Positions 42,224 to 54,773 of a stretch of DNA of 64,000 nucleotides are shown piece after piece. The stretch's first letter is position 1. Each line of letters opens with the position of its first letter. This stretch comes from Vicugna vicugna (Eukaryota): assembly GCA_013265495.1 (NCBI GenBank), contig MU058045.1:133241-197240 (forward strand), read 5' to 3'. The notes below the pieces were generated by a model. It did no database searches. It saw only the letters and a list, made by a program, of their open reading frames with translations, and was not told the origin of the DNA. The position numbers and the translations under genes are program-made.

Positions 42224-43956
42224 TCACACGTACTCCTTGGCCGAGTTGGGCTTAGGGTAGGAGCGAGGTGCACGATACCCAGTTTTGCTCTCACTCCCAG
42301 GACAGGAGCAAGAGAGCAGTGCACCTCCCAGAAGGGTCAGAGAGGATCCTGCCCAGCCAATGAAGATGGCAGGACCAAACTCGTACCTGTGAAGAGAGGG
42401 AATTGCGGTCAGAAACCCTGGCCTGCCTCTCCTGATCTCAGGACCCCAGACCTGTCCCCTTAGGCAGGACTCCTATACTTACTTAACATTCGTGGGGACC
42501 GTGGGGTCATAAAAGTCTGTGACTATCTGGTGGCCATACCAGGAGCAAGCTATCAAGGCACAAAGACCTGGAGAGAGAAGGGGATTCAGATCTTGTGCCC
42601 CCCCCCCCCCGGCCAAACCAGCACCGTGCCCACCCTCACCCCTCCAAGATGGGCAAGAAGAGACTCCTCGGGCCCAACCCTCCACCCTCCAAGATGGGCA
42701 AGAAGAGACTCCTCGGGCCCACTTTGGACCTGTTGCTCACCTGCCAAGATGAAAATGATGCCTCCAGTCATAGCTATACGGGCCTTCTTCACTTTGTCAT
42801 CTCCCCCACAGTTTGTACATTTCATGCCCATGGTGGCCACGAACATGGCCAGGAAGCCAAGCACCAGGGAGACCACCATTAGGGCTCGGGTGGCCTGCAA
42901 GGCCGCTGCGGGTAAAGGGAAAGGATGCCGTCGTTGCTGGAAAAGCGAGCGGCCCTCAGGCAGCTCCAGCCTCTGAATCGCCGGCCGCGCCCACACGCCA
43001 CGGCCTGAGGCCCCTTCGGCGTCCAAGCTGCAGGCCGGAGCGGGTGGATCCCGCCCCCTCCAAACTCCGCGGCCTTCCCGCTCTGCCCCGCCCCCTCGGC
43101 TCTAGGATCCGCCCGGGGCGCCAGGGTTTCGATGAAACTGCCTCGGGGAGGGGGAAGGGTGAAAAGGGACAGCGAAGAGTAGCCGAGGCGGTGGCAGAAA
43201 CCCCAGCACCGGCTGCAGAGCCCGGCCTTCCTGCCAGCTCTGACCCCACTATCGAGGCCACGGTTTGTGGCTTCAGCTAATCGGCCGATTAGATTAGAAG
43301 CCGCAGGCGGCAGTCCAGATCTTACGGGGCGCACGGCTCCTCGGCCCTCGGTCCGACCCCACGGCCTGTGCCGCCTTTTGTCCGCGAAAAGGGCGGGAGA
43401 TGGAGGCCGTAGCCTCCTCGCGGTAGGGGGAGAGGGGAAGGCCCCGCCCCAGGACTCAGCTTCCCGGGAAGGTACAGGGTCGCCTGCCGCCAAGTCCGGG
43501 GATGAAGAGGGGCACAGCCAGCCCGCGGCGCGCGCACGTGCAGACCCAGGGCACCAGCCCCGCGGCCCAGCCGCACCGTCCGGGCGCGACGCTTACGCTT
43601 CCTCCTCTCCACCCCCACCACCCTGACTCCCCCGCAACCCAGGGCGTCAGGCCATGGGACCTCGGGCCTGGCCCCGCACCCACCCGCGACCACGGCCCTG
43701 GGCGCGTCCGGCCCGTCGGTCCCGCGGCCTTACCCGACAGGGCGAGCACCGAGTCGTACATTTTGCAGCTCATCATGCCGGTGCTCTGGGTGACGCAGTC
43801 CATCCACAGCCCCTTGTACATGGCCTGAGCCGTGATGATATTGTCGCCCGCGTACGAGCTCATCTGCCACTGCGGGATGGCGGTGCACGCCACCAGGCCC
43901 ACCCAGCCCAGAAGAGCCATGGAAAAGCCCAGCAGCTGCAGGCCCGAATTGGCCAT
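42224..43956 (-). CDS. CLDN7: Claudin-7 (211 aa, 4 exons)
   Basis: Exons 43734-43956, 42741-42905, 42483-42567, 42224-42386 sum to 636 nt; W-GLW-C-C motif ([18 protein letters not shown]); PDZ-binding tail KEYV. Confidence 0.98.
42632..42721. repeat. About 45-bp tandem duplication in CLDN7 intron 2
   Basis: ccctccaagatgggcaagaagagactcctcgggccca is identical at 42640-42676 and 42685-42721. Confidence 0.92.
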
Positions 43957-44299
43957 TTCCGCCCTCAAAAGAGACGGGGGGCTCCGGGCGTGGGTGTTTT
44001 AAGTCACCCAAAGAGCTAAAAAAGTTTTCGGTCGAGTGCCTGCAAATCTTGTCACCAAAGTAAACACAAATCCACCCCTCCGGCGGGGCAAGGGTCTCAC
44101 AGCCGAGGGCTCAGGACTGGTGGTCAACAAAAGCGATCCGCGAAGGCCAGGCGGCTCCCTCCGGCGCGCTCCGCGACCCTTCCCAAACAAAAGGCGAAGG
44201 GGCCGTACGGGTGCGGCCCCGGGTGCTTGAAGTCCCCAAAGTACCCTGAGCTGTCGGCCCGAAGCTGCAGTGCGAGGGTGAGGTCGTTCAGCGGTGAGC

Positions 44300-44550
44300 G
44301 GGCAGGTGCGGGCGGACAGGTGCGGCGCACCTGAGTATATGTAGGGCGGTGGGGGCGCGCCCCCGCAGGCACCGGGAGCGCGAGTAGGGAGGGGCCGGAG
44401 GGGCGGCCGAGGGTGACCTGACGTCACCGAAGGGACACTCACCTGAGCCGGAAGTCCTGGTCCCTACCCCTCCAGGCCCAGGTGAAGAGGAAGAAACCTG
44501 AGCACCAGGGTCACGCCCCTTCACTTGCCAGGCTTTTACCGCAGGTGGGG
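44300..44550 (-). promoter_or_regulatory. CLDN7 promoter: six CAGGTG/CACCTG E2-boxes, CRE and ETS site
   Basis: E2-boxes at 44303, 44317, 44328, 44440, 44479 and 44542; TGACGTCA 44419-44426; CCGGAAGT 44448-44455. Confidence 0.7.
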
Positions 44551-46039
44551 AGGAGGCGGAGTCTTCTCGGAAGTCCCAAGCTCAGTGAAAGCCCCTCTGG
44601 ACTCGAAGTCCCTCGGGCACCAAAATGTCCCTTTCCCTCTCCCCAACAAGTGCGCCAGGAACTCTGCGGAGCAGGAGCTGGGGGGTGGGGGGGCGAGGGG
44701 AGGGGGAGGATGGCCCTGGCCAGTCTTGGCCCAACTTGGGTGCCCTTTGTCCCACTCTACTTTCGCCCCCACCCTCTGCTCTACTCTTTTTCTTTTCAGT
44801 CTCCTCTCCTAGCCGTCCCACCTTCAGAAGCCCTGGGTCCAGTCCCACTTCAGCAGCATTGTTGGGGTCCCCACTGCCAGCGCCACTGCCCCAGCACCAA
44901 CCCACGCCTCGCCGCTGTCCGTCTCCCTCCTACCCTGCGCTCCAGCAAACACCCGGCTTCCAGGCGTGGTGCTCCCAACCCGCCCCTCTCCCCGTCTTCT
45001 TGGCCCCCTATTCTGATCCCTGCTTGACATGACTTAATGTCGGGGCCGTTGGCACCCCACCTCCCAGTGGTCGCTATCCCATCCCGCCCCGAGTCCTTGT
45101 AGCAGAAGAACCCAATGAGGTCGGAAGCCGCCGCCAGAGGGTGGGGAGCAGATTAAGGCCTGGGTCAGAGTCTTAGCCACACCCATCATTTCCCTCCATT
45201 GGAGTCTTTCCAGACCTGTCCTCCACCTTTCCCTCTTCCTCCTCCTCCAGCCATGCACACATTTCTCTCCTTCATTCTAAGCCTGGACCTGCCTCTTTGT
45301 GTGCGCTCTCCCACCATCTCACCGCTCTGTCCTCTGGAACATCTGGCTCTAATGTGGCCTTTAATTCAGCCCTGGGATTCCCACCTCATCCTCCGGTCTC
45401 ATCTCTCTCGCTCTCCCCAAGCTATGACCCCATCCTTCCTCCCGACATCTCCTCCAAGCATCCCCTGTTGACTCATTCCCCCCTCATCTGTTACCATTTC
45501 CCCTTCCTGTCTTTTCCGTTTATTTCATTTCCCTCTCTTTTAGTCTACCTCTGGACACTCTTCTGGACCCTATCTCCCAGCCCCTTGAGCTCAGCATCAC
45601 CAAGTAGTCTTTCTTTGCATCTTCCTGTGTGCACATCACAGCCACCCCCTTCTTATCCAGTTTCCTCCCAATCTACCTCTCCTCCAACCTCCTGACACCT
45701 CTCAGGCTCACAGGCTCACACACCGTTCTTACTGTTTCCCTCCCTCGTTTAATTTCTCTCTCTCCTTTTTTCACCTCAGCTCTCTTCGTATTTCTCATCT
45801 TTGCTCCTCCCACTCAGACATTTTTCTGTAAATCTTTCCTTCTTTTATACAATAAAAATATGAACAGGCCCTTCGTGCTAAGCTAATTAACCTACTTTTC
45901 TATAAAACACAGACTTTAGTGAGCTCTATTATTCATTTTAATTTTTCTACTTTTTAAAAAAGTGCTTCCAGCTCTGAGATTCCATGCTTCTAATTACTTA
46001 AGTATATCCAGCTTCTCTCCAAGCTCACTGAGATCACTT

Positions 46040-46660
46040 CAGGCCAAGTCGCCATCACCTCTTCCCTGGGTGCTGCAACTGCCTCCGAACCAATCTCCCC
46101 GCTTCCCTGTTTGTCCTTCAGAAATGACTGTTTGTTCCCCAATAAACTTAGATAGTGTCACTTCCTACTTAAAATCCTTCAAATCATCCAATGGCACTCT
46201 TTTGCTCCTATTACTCTGCTGGATTTAGCAAATAAATGCCATACTATGGCTTACCAGACTCTGGGCATCAACCGCACCACCTGAACTTTACAACGCTCCT
46301 TCCCAACAAAAGTGCCTTTGCACCCTGTTCTCTGTTCTTCATGCCTGGGTGCTCTTCTCCATCAACTCCCCCACCCAACCTTCCTCTACCCAGCTAACTG
46401 ACTCATCCTCCAGCTGTCAGCTCCAATATCACATCTAGGAAGCCTGGCCTGACCACCGCACCCCACACTGAGTCAGATCACCTGCTGAATGCTCGCGCCA
46501 CTACCTGTACTTTATTTCCAAAGCTCTTATCATAGTTTGAAACTATTTACTTCGCGTGGTTACTGATGCATTGTCAATCTCCCCACTGTACTGTAAGTTC
46601 CAAGACAGCAGCAATGTGTTGGGTCTCAGCACTGATACATATTTGATAAATGAATGAATT
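46040..46660 (+). mobile_element. L2 LINE remnant (3' part)
   Basis: gtcacttcctacttaaaatccttcaa..., ctgtaagttccaagacagca..., terminal atatttgataaatgaatgaa. Confidence 0.65.
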
Positions 46661-47021
46661 GCAAATTAACCAAATTTTCATCCACTTGTTCAATAATTTT
46701 CTGAGTGCTTATGTAATGTACTAGGCACCATGCTTGATACTGGGGCTGTACACAAGACAGTAAGAATGCTGCACTCGTGTAACTCTAAAGGGAGGAAGAA
46801 GGTAATAAAGACACAAAAAAAAATGGTGCATATTTGAAGGCAATAAAACAGGGTAATGTGTTGAGTTTGGGTCCACTTCAGAGTGAGGTCAGGGAGACCT
46901 TTCTAGGAAGGAACTGTTAAATAATGAGCCAGCCATGAGAGAACCATGTTATAGGCAGAGGGAACAGTAAATGCTAAGACCCTGTGTCGATTGTCCCTTT
47001 GAGACTTGTATTAATTTAGAG

Positions 47022-47378
47022 CAGGATTTCAACCTCAGCACTACTGGTCCTTGGGGCCAGATGATTCTTTGTTATGGGTGACTGTCCCGTGCATCACAGG
47101 ATATTTGAAACATCCCTAACTTCTACTGAGTTCATGCCAGTAGAACTCCCCCACACAATGTGACAATCAAAAATGCCTCCGAGGGGAGGGTATAGCTCAG
47201 TGGCAGAGCACATGCTTAGCATGCATGAGGTCCTGGATTCAATCCCCAGTATCTCCATTAAAAATAAATAAATAAATAAACCTAATTACCCCCCCTCAAA
47301 CAAAACAAAAATGTCTCCAGACATTGCCAAACATCCCAGTGAGAGGACAGGCAAAATTGGTCCTAGTTAACAAGCACA
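47022..47378 (-). mobile_element. MER20 hAT DNA transposon interrupted by a SINE
   Basis: tcaacctcagcactactg...tgtgacaatcaaaaatg[SINE]tctccagacattgccaaa...ggcaaaat matches the reverse complement of MER20 as recalled. Confidence 0.8.
47181..47305 (+). mobile_element. Full-length tRNA-derived SINE (camelid-type) with TSD
   Basis: ggggagggtatagctcagtggcagagcacatgcttagcatgcatgaggtcctggattcaatccccagtatctccattaaaaataaa...; TSD CAAAAATG(C/T)CTCC at 47168-47180 and 47306-47318. Confidence 0.9.
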
Positions 47379-47419
47379 CACACACAACAAAAAAACCTCT
47401 GATTTCAGATGTGACCAGT

Positions 47420-48330
47420 CAGCATCACTGTGGATTTTTTGCTCTAGTAACCTTCCATTAAAGAGTTGGGTGCAAGGAGCAACTAGATGGATGGTTGGAA
47501 TTAACCAGGGTGGGAGTTTAACTAAAAAGAGAGAGAAGGGCTTTTAAGATATTTGCATGAGAGTGATTATGTGCCAGATCAGGGATAGAAAATGGGTGAG
47601 AAGGAGAGTACATGTAAAAAGAGATGAGTAGACAGTGAAAAACTGATGGAGTCAATGGTTTTGAAGTCTCCAGGAAGTGAAAGGAGTGGGGATACATGAG
47701 TAAATGAGCTGGGAAGGAAGGAGGTGATCATCAGAGATGGGAGGCTTGAATTCAGTATGTTGGAAGAGGGTGTTTTGGGAGCTGACAACGCCTAGGGTGG
47801 GGGCCTGAGGATGCTGAAGAGAACGATCATTGGAGATGAGAGACTCAGGGCTGAGAGGCTGCAATTAGCTGAAGCACCCTGATGGTTTTTTAACTCAACA
47901 GCAATGATGATAAGACCATAGGTGTAAAGAGGAAGATGATGAGCCAGGCGCTAAACTTGTCAGTGAATGTGGGGGAAGGACCAGGCTGGAAAAGCCCAGC
48001 AACAATTAGAGAAAGTGGGGGCTACACTTCCAGAATGAATGTCAACGGAGCAAACGACTTTGAAGGATGAAGGAAGAATAATGGTCTAGAAGTAGTATTG
48101 AGGAGCAATCCTCCAGCTCCAGACTACAAGGTATATGAAATAAGACCAAAAATAAGCCTTTATTAAGAGGGCTGCTGGGGAGGCGTGTCCTCCAAGACAG
48201 CCAGGTTTCAGTAAGGCCTAGGAAAGGAACATCAGAGAAGAGGCTGGGCATATAAGGTTGATGACAGATGTTGAGCACAGAAGTCACAGTGGAAGAGCTT
48301 GAAAGATCAAGTTCAGTTGGAAGATTGAGT
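47420..48330 (-). mobile_element. Ancient L2 remnant
   Basis: Purine-rich degenerate sequence typical of the antisense L2 body; boundaries approximate. Confidence 0.45.
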
Positions 48331-49248
48331 TAGATTAGGGGAAATACATCACAGTGTGGGGATGATGGGTGATACGAGGAGGTAGGCAACCTGGTATCAG
48401 AACCCAACCAACTTGTTTATTTCTATGGGAAAATGTGTTCTGAGTCTGAAAGAAAAAAAATGATCAATAAATGAACTTTGGAAATTTGCAATGTTATTTT
48501 ACTATTATGCAGTATTACTTAAAAGCTCCTTATTATTCTGGTCACTGGTTATTGTTTTTCTGGTCAGATCTAGAAGTTATAGACCCAAGGCAGATAAAAC
48601 ATCCCAGGTTCCAATTCCACCTCATTCAGAAATTTATTCTTGGGCCTCAATTGCCTCATCTATAGAAAAAGAGTGATGATATTTTGCCTGCTTAGGAAAC
48701 AGGAGACTGGGCTAGATGTTCTCCTGTAGTTCAGCCTGGAACGTATTTTGAGATACAGATCTGGAGAAGTGAAGAAATGACCAACTCATTTTATGAGGCT
48801 ATGGTACTCCTGCCTCTGAAATCAGTTAAGGATAATATAGAAACAGTGTTACAGGCCCATTTCACCTATAAATATAGATGTAAAAACCATTAATAAAATA
48901 TTACTTAACCAAATGTAAAAATGTATTTAAAGAATCATACATCACAAACAAGAACAGCTTATCCCAAGAATGCAAGTGTTTCAATACTAGAAAATCCATC
49001 AATGCAATTCACCACATTAATAAATTAAATATACACATATGCATATATATATTTACCTCCATCAATAATTTTAAAAAGCATTTGATAAGGTTCAACACTT
49101 ATTTATGAAAAGAACTTCTAGCCAACAAAGATTAGGGAGGAAATTCCCATACTTAATGAAGAAAGTTTAACCTCATCTCTATTATCATTGGGGAAAGGAC
49201 AAAGATGTCCACTGTTAACCCTTTGATTGACAAAGTCCTAGAAGTCTT

Positions 49249-49329
49249 TTTTTTTTTTTTTTTTTTTTGGTGGAGGAACTGGGAATTGAACCCAGGATCT
49301 CTCCACCACTGAGATATTTCCCTCCCCAC
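49249..49329 (-). mobile_element. Short tRNA-like retrocopy with poly(A) and 16-bp TSD
   Basis: TSD AAGTCCTAGAAGTCTT at 49233-49248 and 49330-49345; minus-strand insert ggggagggaaatatctcagtggtggagagatcctgggttcaattcccagttcctccacca(A)n. Confidence 0.85.
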
Positions 49330-51366
49330 AAGTCCTAGAAGTCTTGATCAATATTGCAAGGAAGTAAAAGAAATAAGTAGTGTAAAGACTGAAAGAGGCA
49401 AAATAAAACTGATTTGCAGATGATATAATCATCTACTTAGAAAAGCTAATAGAATCAACAGAGAGACTATTAGAACAATCAAAAGTGTTCAGCAATGTTG
49501 CTGTGTACAAGATCAACCTACAAAAAGTCGCTAGTATTTTATTTGCCAGCAATAACTAATCAGAAAATACAATTTTAAAAAACCACTCAATTTGTATCAG
49601 AGACAAAAAGTATAAAGCATCTAGGAATTAACAAAGTATTCATAAGAAAAATTTTAATTCTACTAAAGAACATAGAAGATTGATTTGAATAAATAAAGAA
49701 ATACTCCATGCTCTTAAATGCAATGACTTCACATTATAAAGATATCAGTTGTCCCCAGAATAACTTGTAATTGGATAGATTACCAATAAAAATCCAATTG
49801 GTGTTGTTTGGAAAGATCTTGATAATTTTATCCCCAAATTTGTTTGGAGCAATAAAAAAACCATAAATGGGGTCTTGCCTGTCCATAAACTTAAACTTGC
49901 TACAAAGCATGCAGCAATAATAACAGTAGTATTAGTGCAAGAACAGACAGATACACCAATGGAACAGAATATCAGCTCAGAGACAGACACTTGTATATAC
50001 CAGAATTTGACACATGTAGATGTGGCTCGATACAAGAAAAATAAATTGGATCCCTAACATCCAAAACACGGATGAACTCTAGATGGATTAAAAAGACCTA
50101 AACGTGAAGAGTAAAACTACAAACTTATTGGAAGAAAATGTACATTTGTGTTGTAGAGATGGGAAAGAATATATGCAAATTTTCAAAACCACAGACTATA
50201 AGGGGGAAAAATGGTCATGTTGATTGCACCAAGTTTAAGGATTTCTATTAAATGAAATTAACCAAAGAAAAATTAATAGGCAGACAATAGAACAAGAGAA
50301 AATATTTGCTATGTCCAAATCTGACAAAGAACTGATTTTGTTTGTTCAAATGTCTTGCCAATCAACAGGAAAAATGCTCCAAGTGAAAGTGGGCAGAGAA
50401 TATAAGGAGGGATTTGGGAAAAAAAAAAAAAGAAAAGAAAGCCAAAGTGCTAACAAGTGTTTAGAGAAATGCTCCAAGCCATAAGTAATCAGAGAAAACT
50501 GCAGTAAGACATCACGTTTACCGACTGAACTGACAAATATTAGAAATCCAAACAAATTCTCATTTATTTGATTAAAATCTTATATAGTCCATTCTAGATT
50601 TTAAAAGACTGGCCATCTCAATGTTGGTAAGGCTGTGAAGGAACTGGAACTTTCAGACACCACTGGTGGAAATGTAAAATGGGACCACTACTTTGGAAAA
50701 GAGTTTGGCCAATTCATAAAAAGTTGTGCATACACCTATCATATAGTCCAGTCACTCTACTCTGAGGTATTTTCCAAGAGAAATGAAAGCATGTGTCCAT
50801 ACAAAGACCTGTACGTGAATGTTCCTAGCAGCTTTGTTTGTAATGGCCCCAAACTGGAAATAACCCGAATATCATCCATCAACAGGTGAATGGATAATCA
50901 AACTGATTACTGTTGATAATCAAATTAATAATATTTAGGAATAAACGCATAATACACGCAACACAGATGAATCTCAAAATAATTATGTTAAGTAAAAGAA
51001 GCCCAGACAAAAGGAATATGTTCTGTATGATCCTATTTGCCTAAAGTTCTAAAAAATGCAAACTACTCCATAATAACAGACAGCAGATCAGTGGTTGCCT
51101 AGGGGCTGAAGGGAGGAATTACAAAGAGGTACAAGGAAGCACTGGGGGTGATGGATGTGTTCATGAACTTGATTCTGGGTACGGTTTCACAAGTGTATAC
51201 ATATGTCAAAACGTATCAGATTACGGATGTTGACTTATTGTGGTAAACATTTCGCAATATATAAGAATAGCAAATCATTATGTTGTACACCTGAAATGAA
51301 TATAATGTCATATGCCAATTATACCTCAATAAAAAAATCTTCTGACTCATCCAATTGTACATTTTA

Positions 51367-51647
51367 GAGAGGAGGGTATCGTTCAGTGGTACAGTGCATG
51401 TTTGGCATGCACAAGGTCCTGGATTCAATCCCCAGTACCTCGACTAAAAATAAATAAATAAATCAGTAAACCTAATTACCTCCCGCCCTTCCAAAAACAA
51501 TTTTTTTTTAAAGAATAAAAAATAGGGGGGAGTGTATAACTCAGTGGTAGACTGCATGTTTAGCATGAACGAGGTCCTGGGCCCCAGTACCTCCATTAAA
51601 ATAAATAAATAAACAAACCTAATGACCTCCCCCCACGAAAAAAAAAG
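51367..51647 (+). mobile_element. Two tandem tRNA-derived SINE copies (51367-51500 and 51525-51647)
   Basis: Two heads with A/B boxes and aaacctaat(t/g)acc tails; outer TSD AATTGTACA(T/C)TTTA at 51353-51366 and 51678-51691. Confidence 0.85.
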
Positions 51648-51779
51648 TATCATTTAAAAAATATTTTTTGAAAAATGAATTGTACACTTTAAATATATGC
51701 AATTTATTGTCAATTATATCTCAAGAAAGCTGTTTTAAAAAACAAAAACAATAAAAACCTTATTCAATTCTATCTATTC

Positions 51780-51990
51780 TAAGCACTATATGAGTATTAC
51801 ATTATTCACCTTCATTAAAACCTGAAGCTGCAGATACTATTATTATCTCCCTTCTTATTTTACTGATGAGGAAAATAAGGCACAAAGTGTTTAGGTAACT
51901 TTCCCAAGGGCACGAAGTTACCAAGTATCAGAGCTGCGACTCAAACTCAGGCCATTTGGGCCAAGAGTCCATACTCTTAACTATACTGCC
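51780..51990 (-). mobile_element. MIR SINE remnant
   Basis: attttactgatgaggaaaataaggcacaaagtgtttaggtaactttcccaagggcac core. Confidence 0.7.
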
Positions 51991-53669
51991 TTTGGGTGGA
52001 TGTTGCCGGAGAGGATGTGGTGGTAGCAGAACCCTCTGGAACTGCTGATGGAAAGGGAGACTGTGACTGTCCTTCTTCAGAGCAAGCTGGTAGTACTTAG
52101 TCAAATTAGGTATAAGTATACCCTATGACTCAGCAATTCCGCTCTCCACTGGTGGAGGTAGGTATAAATAAAGACCTAGACATAGGCAGAGGCAGAGAGA
52201 CATCTCCCAAAATGAACTTGTAGGAAAATGTTCATTGCCACATTATTTGTTGCGGCTGGGAACTGGAGGTGACAATGGGTGCTCTTCAACGAGATGAGTG
52301 ATATTGTGGAATAGTATGCAACAATAACTTATGCAGTAATAAATTTGATCATTGCAGGGCATGAATCGGTTTTTAAAACATAGTACTCACTGAAAATAAG
52401 ATCAGAACGAAGTATACAACCAAATGCTATTTACATACATTAAAAATGTGTGCACGCAAAACAATTCATATTTTGCAAGAGCACAAACCAAAATGGGCAT
52501 TAAATGCATTGGAATGGTTGCCTTTTTAGGGAGGACACAAGAGATATGGGTATAAAAATAGAAGAAATTTAAAATAAATAAAAACAAGACATTGATCAAT
52601 GAGGACAATGTACCAAGAACTGTGTCATTAATTCAACCTTCTGTACCTGAGACCCTAACTTAGGGACAAAATAGAGTGAAGGGACAAAGGGAGGAGGTGG
52701 CATTCTGGAGCTCAGGGGTCCAAGGTTTCCCTCCAGAAGCTGGAAGCAAAGTGGGCCTGTTGGGTAGGAACTGGAGACAGAAAGAGAGGAGAAATATCCT
52801 GGCTCTCTCCTGCCCGCCAGTCACTTACCTACCATGGGCTGAAGCCAGCCAGAAAGCAGTGAACACAGGAGCTTGAAAGCAGAAGCCTGCAGAGGTCAGC
52901 TCCCCATGACACAGGGCAGAGCTTAGGAAAGGCTAGAGTTGGTTCTTAGATCTAACAGGCCAAGGATTAATTTCTATGCAAGATCAACACACACAGGCTC
53001 CGATGCAAAGTTCCCACTTGTGTCCTGTTCCTCTCTCTTTCCCTTTCCCTCCTCCTTCAATCAATCTTGTTCTCCCACCTTCCAGGCCATTTTTCTTCCC
53101 CTCTCCCAACTCTCTCTCTTTATTCCTGTTCCTTTCTACTCCCCTATCACTTTCCCCATACTCTTTACTCTGTCTCTCATATCTAGCCCTGATCTGCTTT
53201 CCTTGATTCCACTTTCCCTGGGTTTTACGCCCCCAGAGGGGTCCTGAGAGGCATCAGAACAAAGCATCTGAACAGGAGCAGGAATGTGGCCTGCCCCAAG
53301 CTGCAGGACAGAGCCCAGCCCTGCACTCCACCAGCTGCACTGAGTTGTGTCTGCCCCCAGCCCGTGTATCCCTCCTACTCCCTTTTTTCCTCTTGGCACC
53401 TTTCTCAGCTTTTCCTCTCTCAACTCTCCTCCCTTTGTGATATGCTGGCATCCTTGGGTTTCCCTTTACCTTCCTGATCGGTCCCTCTCTGCTTCCATCA
53501 ATCGCTTCTGCTCCTTTCTACTCATGAATGATTGGTTCTCCTCAACAATCAGACCTTAGCTCATCATTCATACCCTCTTGGTCAGGTAGGTTGAGCCATT
53601 CACCACAGGGTGCCCCCACTTTATGACTGCTCCCCAGTCTGTGTTCTTGGCCATCAGGAGCAGACCCTC

Positions 53670-54420
53670 ATCTCATTCATTCAACAGACATTTGCTGAGT
53701 GCCCACCTCTGGGGTCCTGGGGATACAGAGGTCAACAAGATGACCACCTGTCTTCAAGTGAAGTACAGAGAAATGATGACAATATACTACATTGGGGACA
53801 CATGGCTTTCTGGAGGAAAGCCAAGGAAGTTTTCACAGAGAGGATGAGCTTTTTTGGGAAGATGAATGGGAGTCCTCTGGTATTCCAGAATGAGGGATTA
53901 CTATGGCAAAGGTACCAAGGACTGAAACAGCACAGCGTGTTCTGGGTACGAGAAGTACAAGAACTTGAAGGAAGAGGCTAGGAGGTAAGGAGGAGATAGG
54001 AGAGGAAAGGCAGGAGGTTTGGTTCACTCTGAAAGGGTTTAACTTGACATCAGGCAACAAAGACTTTTGGGGCAGGAGTGATGAGGTTGAGCTTTTTTGT
54101 ATTGTACTCTGCCCTCCCTGTAAAGGATAAGGAGGAGCAGGAGGATCAGTCAGGGTAGTGGTGGTCTGGACCAAAGTAGCAAGAGTACAGGTGGAGAAAA
54201 TCAGATGCGTGTGAGTTTAGGAGACGTGAGTAATTAACCGGATAAAGGGGTGTGCATGAGAGGAGGAAGCAAGCATGACTTCCAGGATTCTGAGCGTAGT
54301 GACTTGGTGGCTAATGCAACCATTCATTGGGATGAGGAAGTTAGCAGGAGGAACAGGTTGGGATATGCTGATCACATGAGCTGCCCACCCAGGCAGCAGC
54401 TGAACACTCGGACTTGGAGT
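53670..54420 (-). mobile_element. L2 remnant
   Basis: Starts with cattcattcaacagacatttgctgagtgcccacc (antisense L2 end), followed by degenerate body. Confidence 0.6.
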
Positions 54421-54773
54421 TTCAGAAAGAGACCTGAGTTGGACGTAAGGAAGCCTTAGGGAGGTAAAATGAAGGGAACAGTGGGCCAGAGACCACCCTG
54501 GTCCGATCCACTGCGGATCCACTCTCTCCCTCCAGGTGGCACTACAGCCTCGCGCTTTTTGAGGCCGGTTTTCCGAGCCGTGCGCTCTCTGTACTGTGTT
54601 CCACTGCTCTCCCGACGCGCCAACTCTAGGTCGCGCCGTCCTCGCTGGGCAGGATTTAGCTGGGGATTCAAACTTCGAGTGGCCTCCAGAAAGCGTGTCC
54701 AAGTCGTCCACGCCGCCAGCACATTCTTGGCAGCTCAGGGACCTCAGGGGTGGTGACGTAGTTGATGTGATCA

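Larger units (their letters stand above)
48770..51740 (+). mobile_element. Fragmented ancient L1 (ORF2 and 3'UTR remnants) with nested younger insertions
   Basis: A-rich L1 hallmarks: aactcattttatgaggc, aaaagcatttgataa, tttgcagatgatataatcatctacttagaaaa, aagacctaaacgtgaaga, ggccccaaactggaaataaccc, cagatcagtggttgcctaggg; no intact ORF. Confidence 0.85.

Noticed and set aside
47181..47260. tRNA-like sequence with A/B boxes
   Set aside because: It is a SINE head: AT-rich tail, TSD and several diverged copies in the window; not called as a tRNA gene.
49745..50889. Short ORFs with L1 ORF2-like words
   Set aside because: Degraded fragments of an ancient L1, not an active element or a gene.
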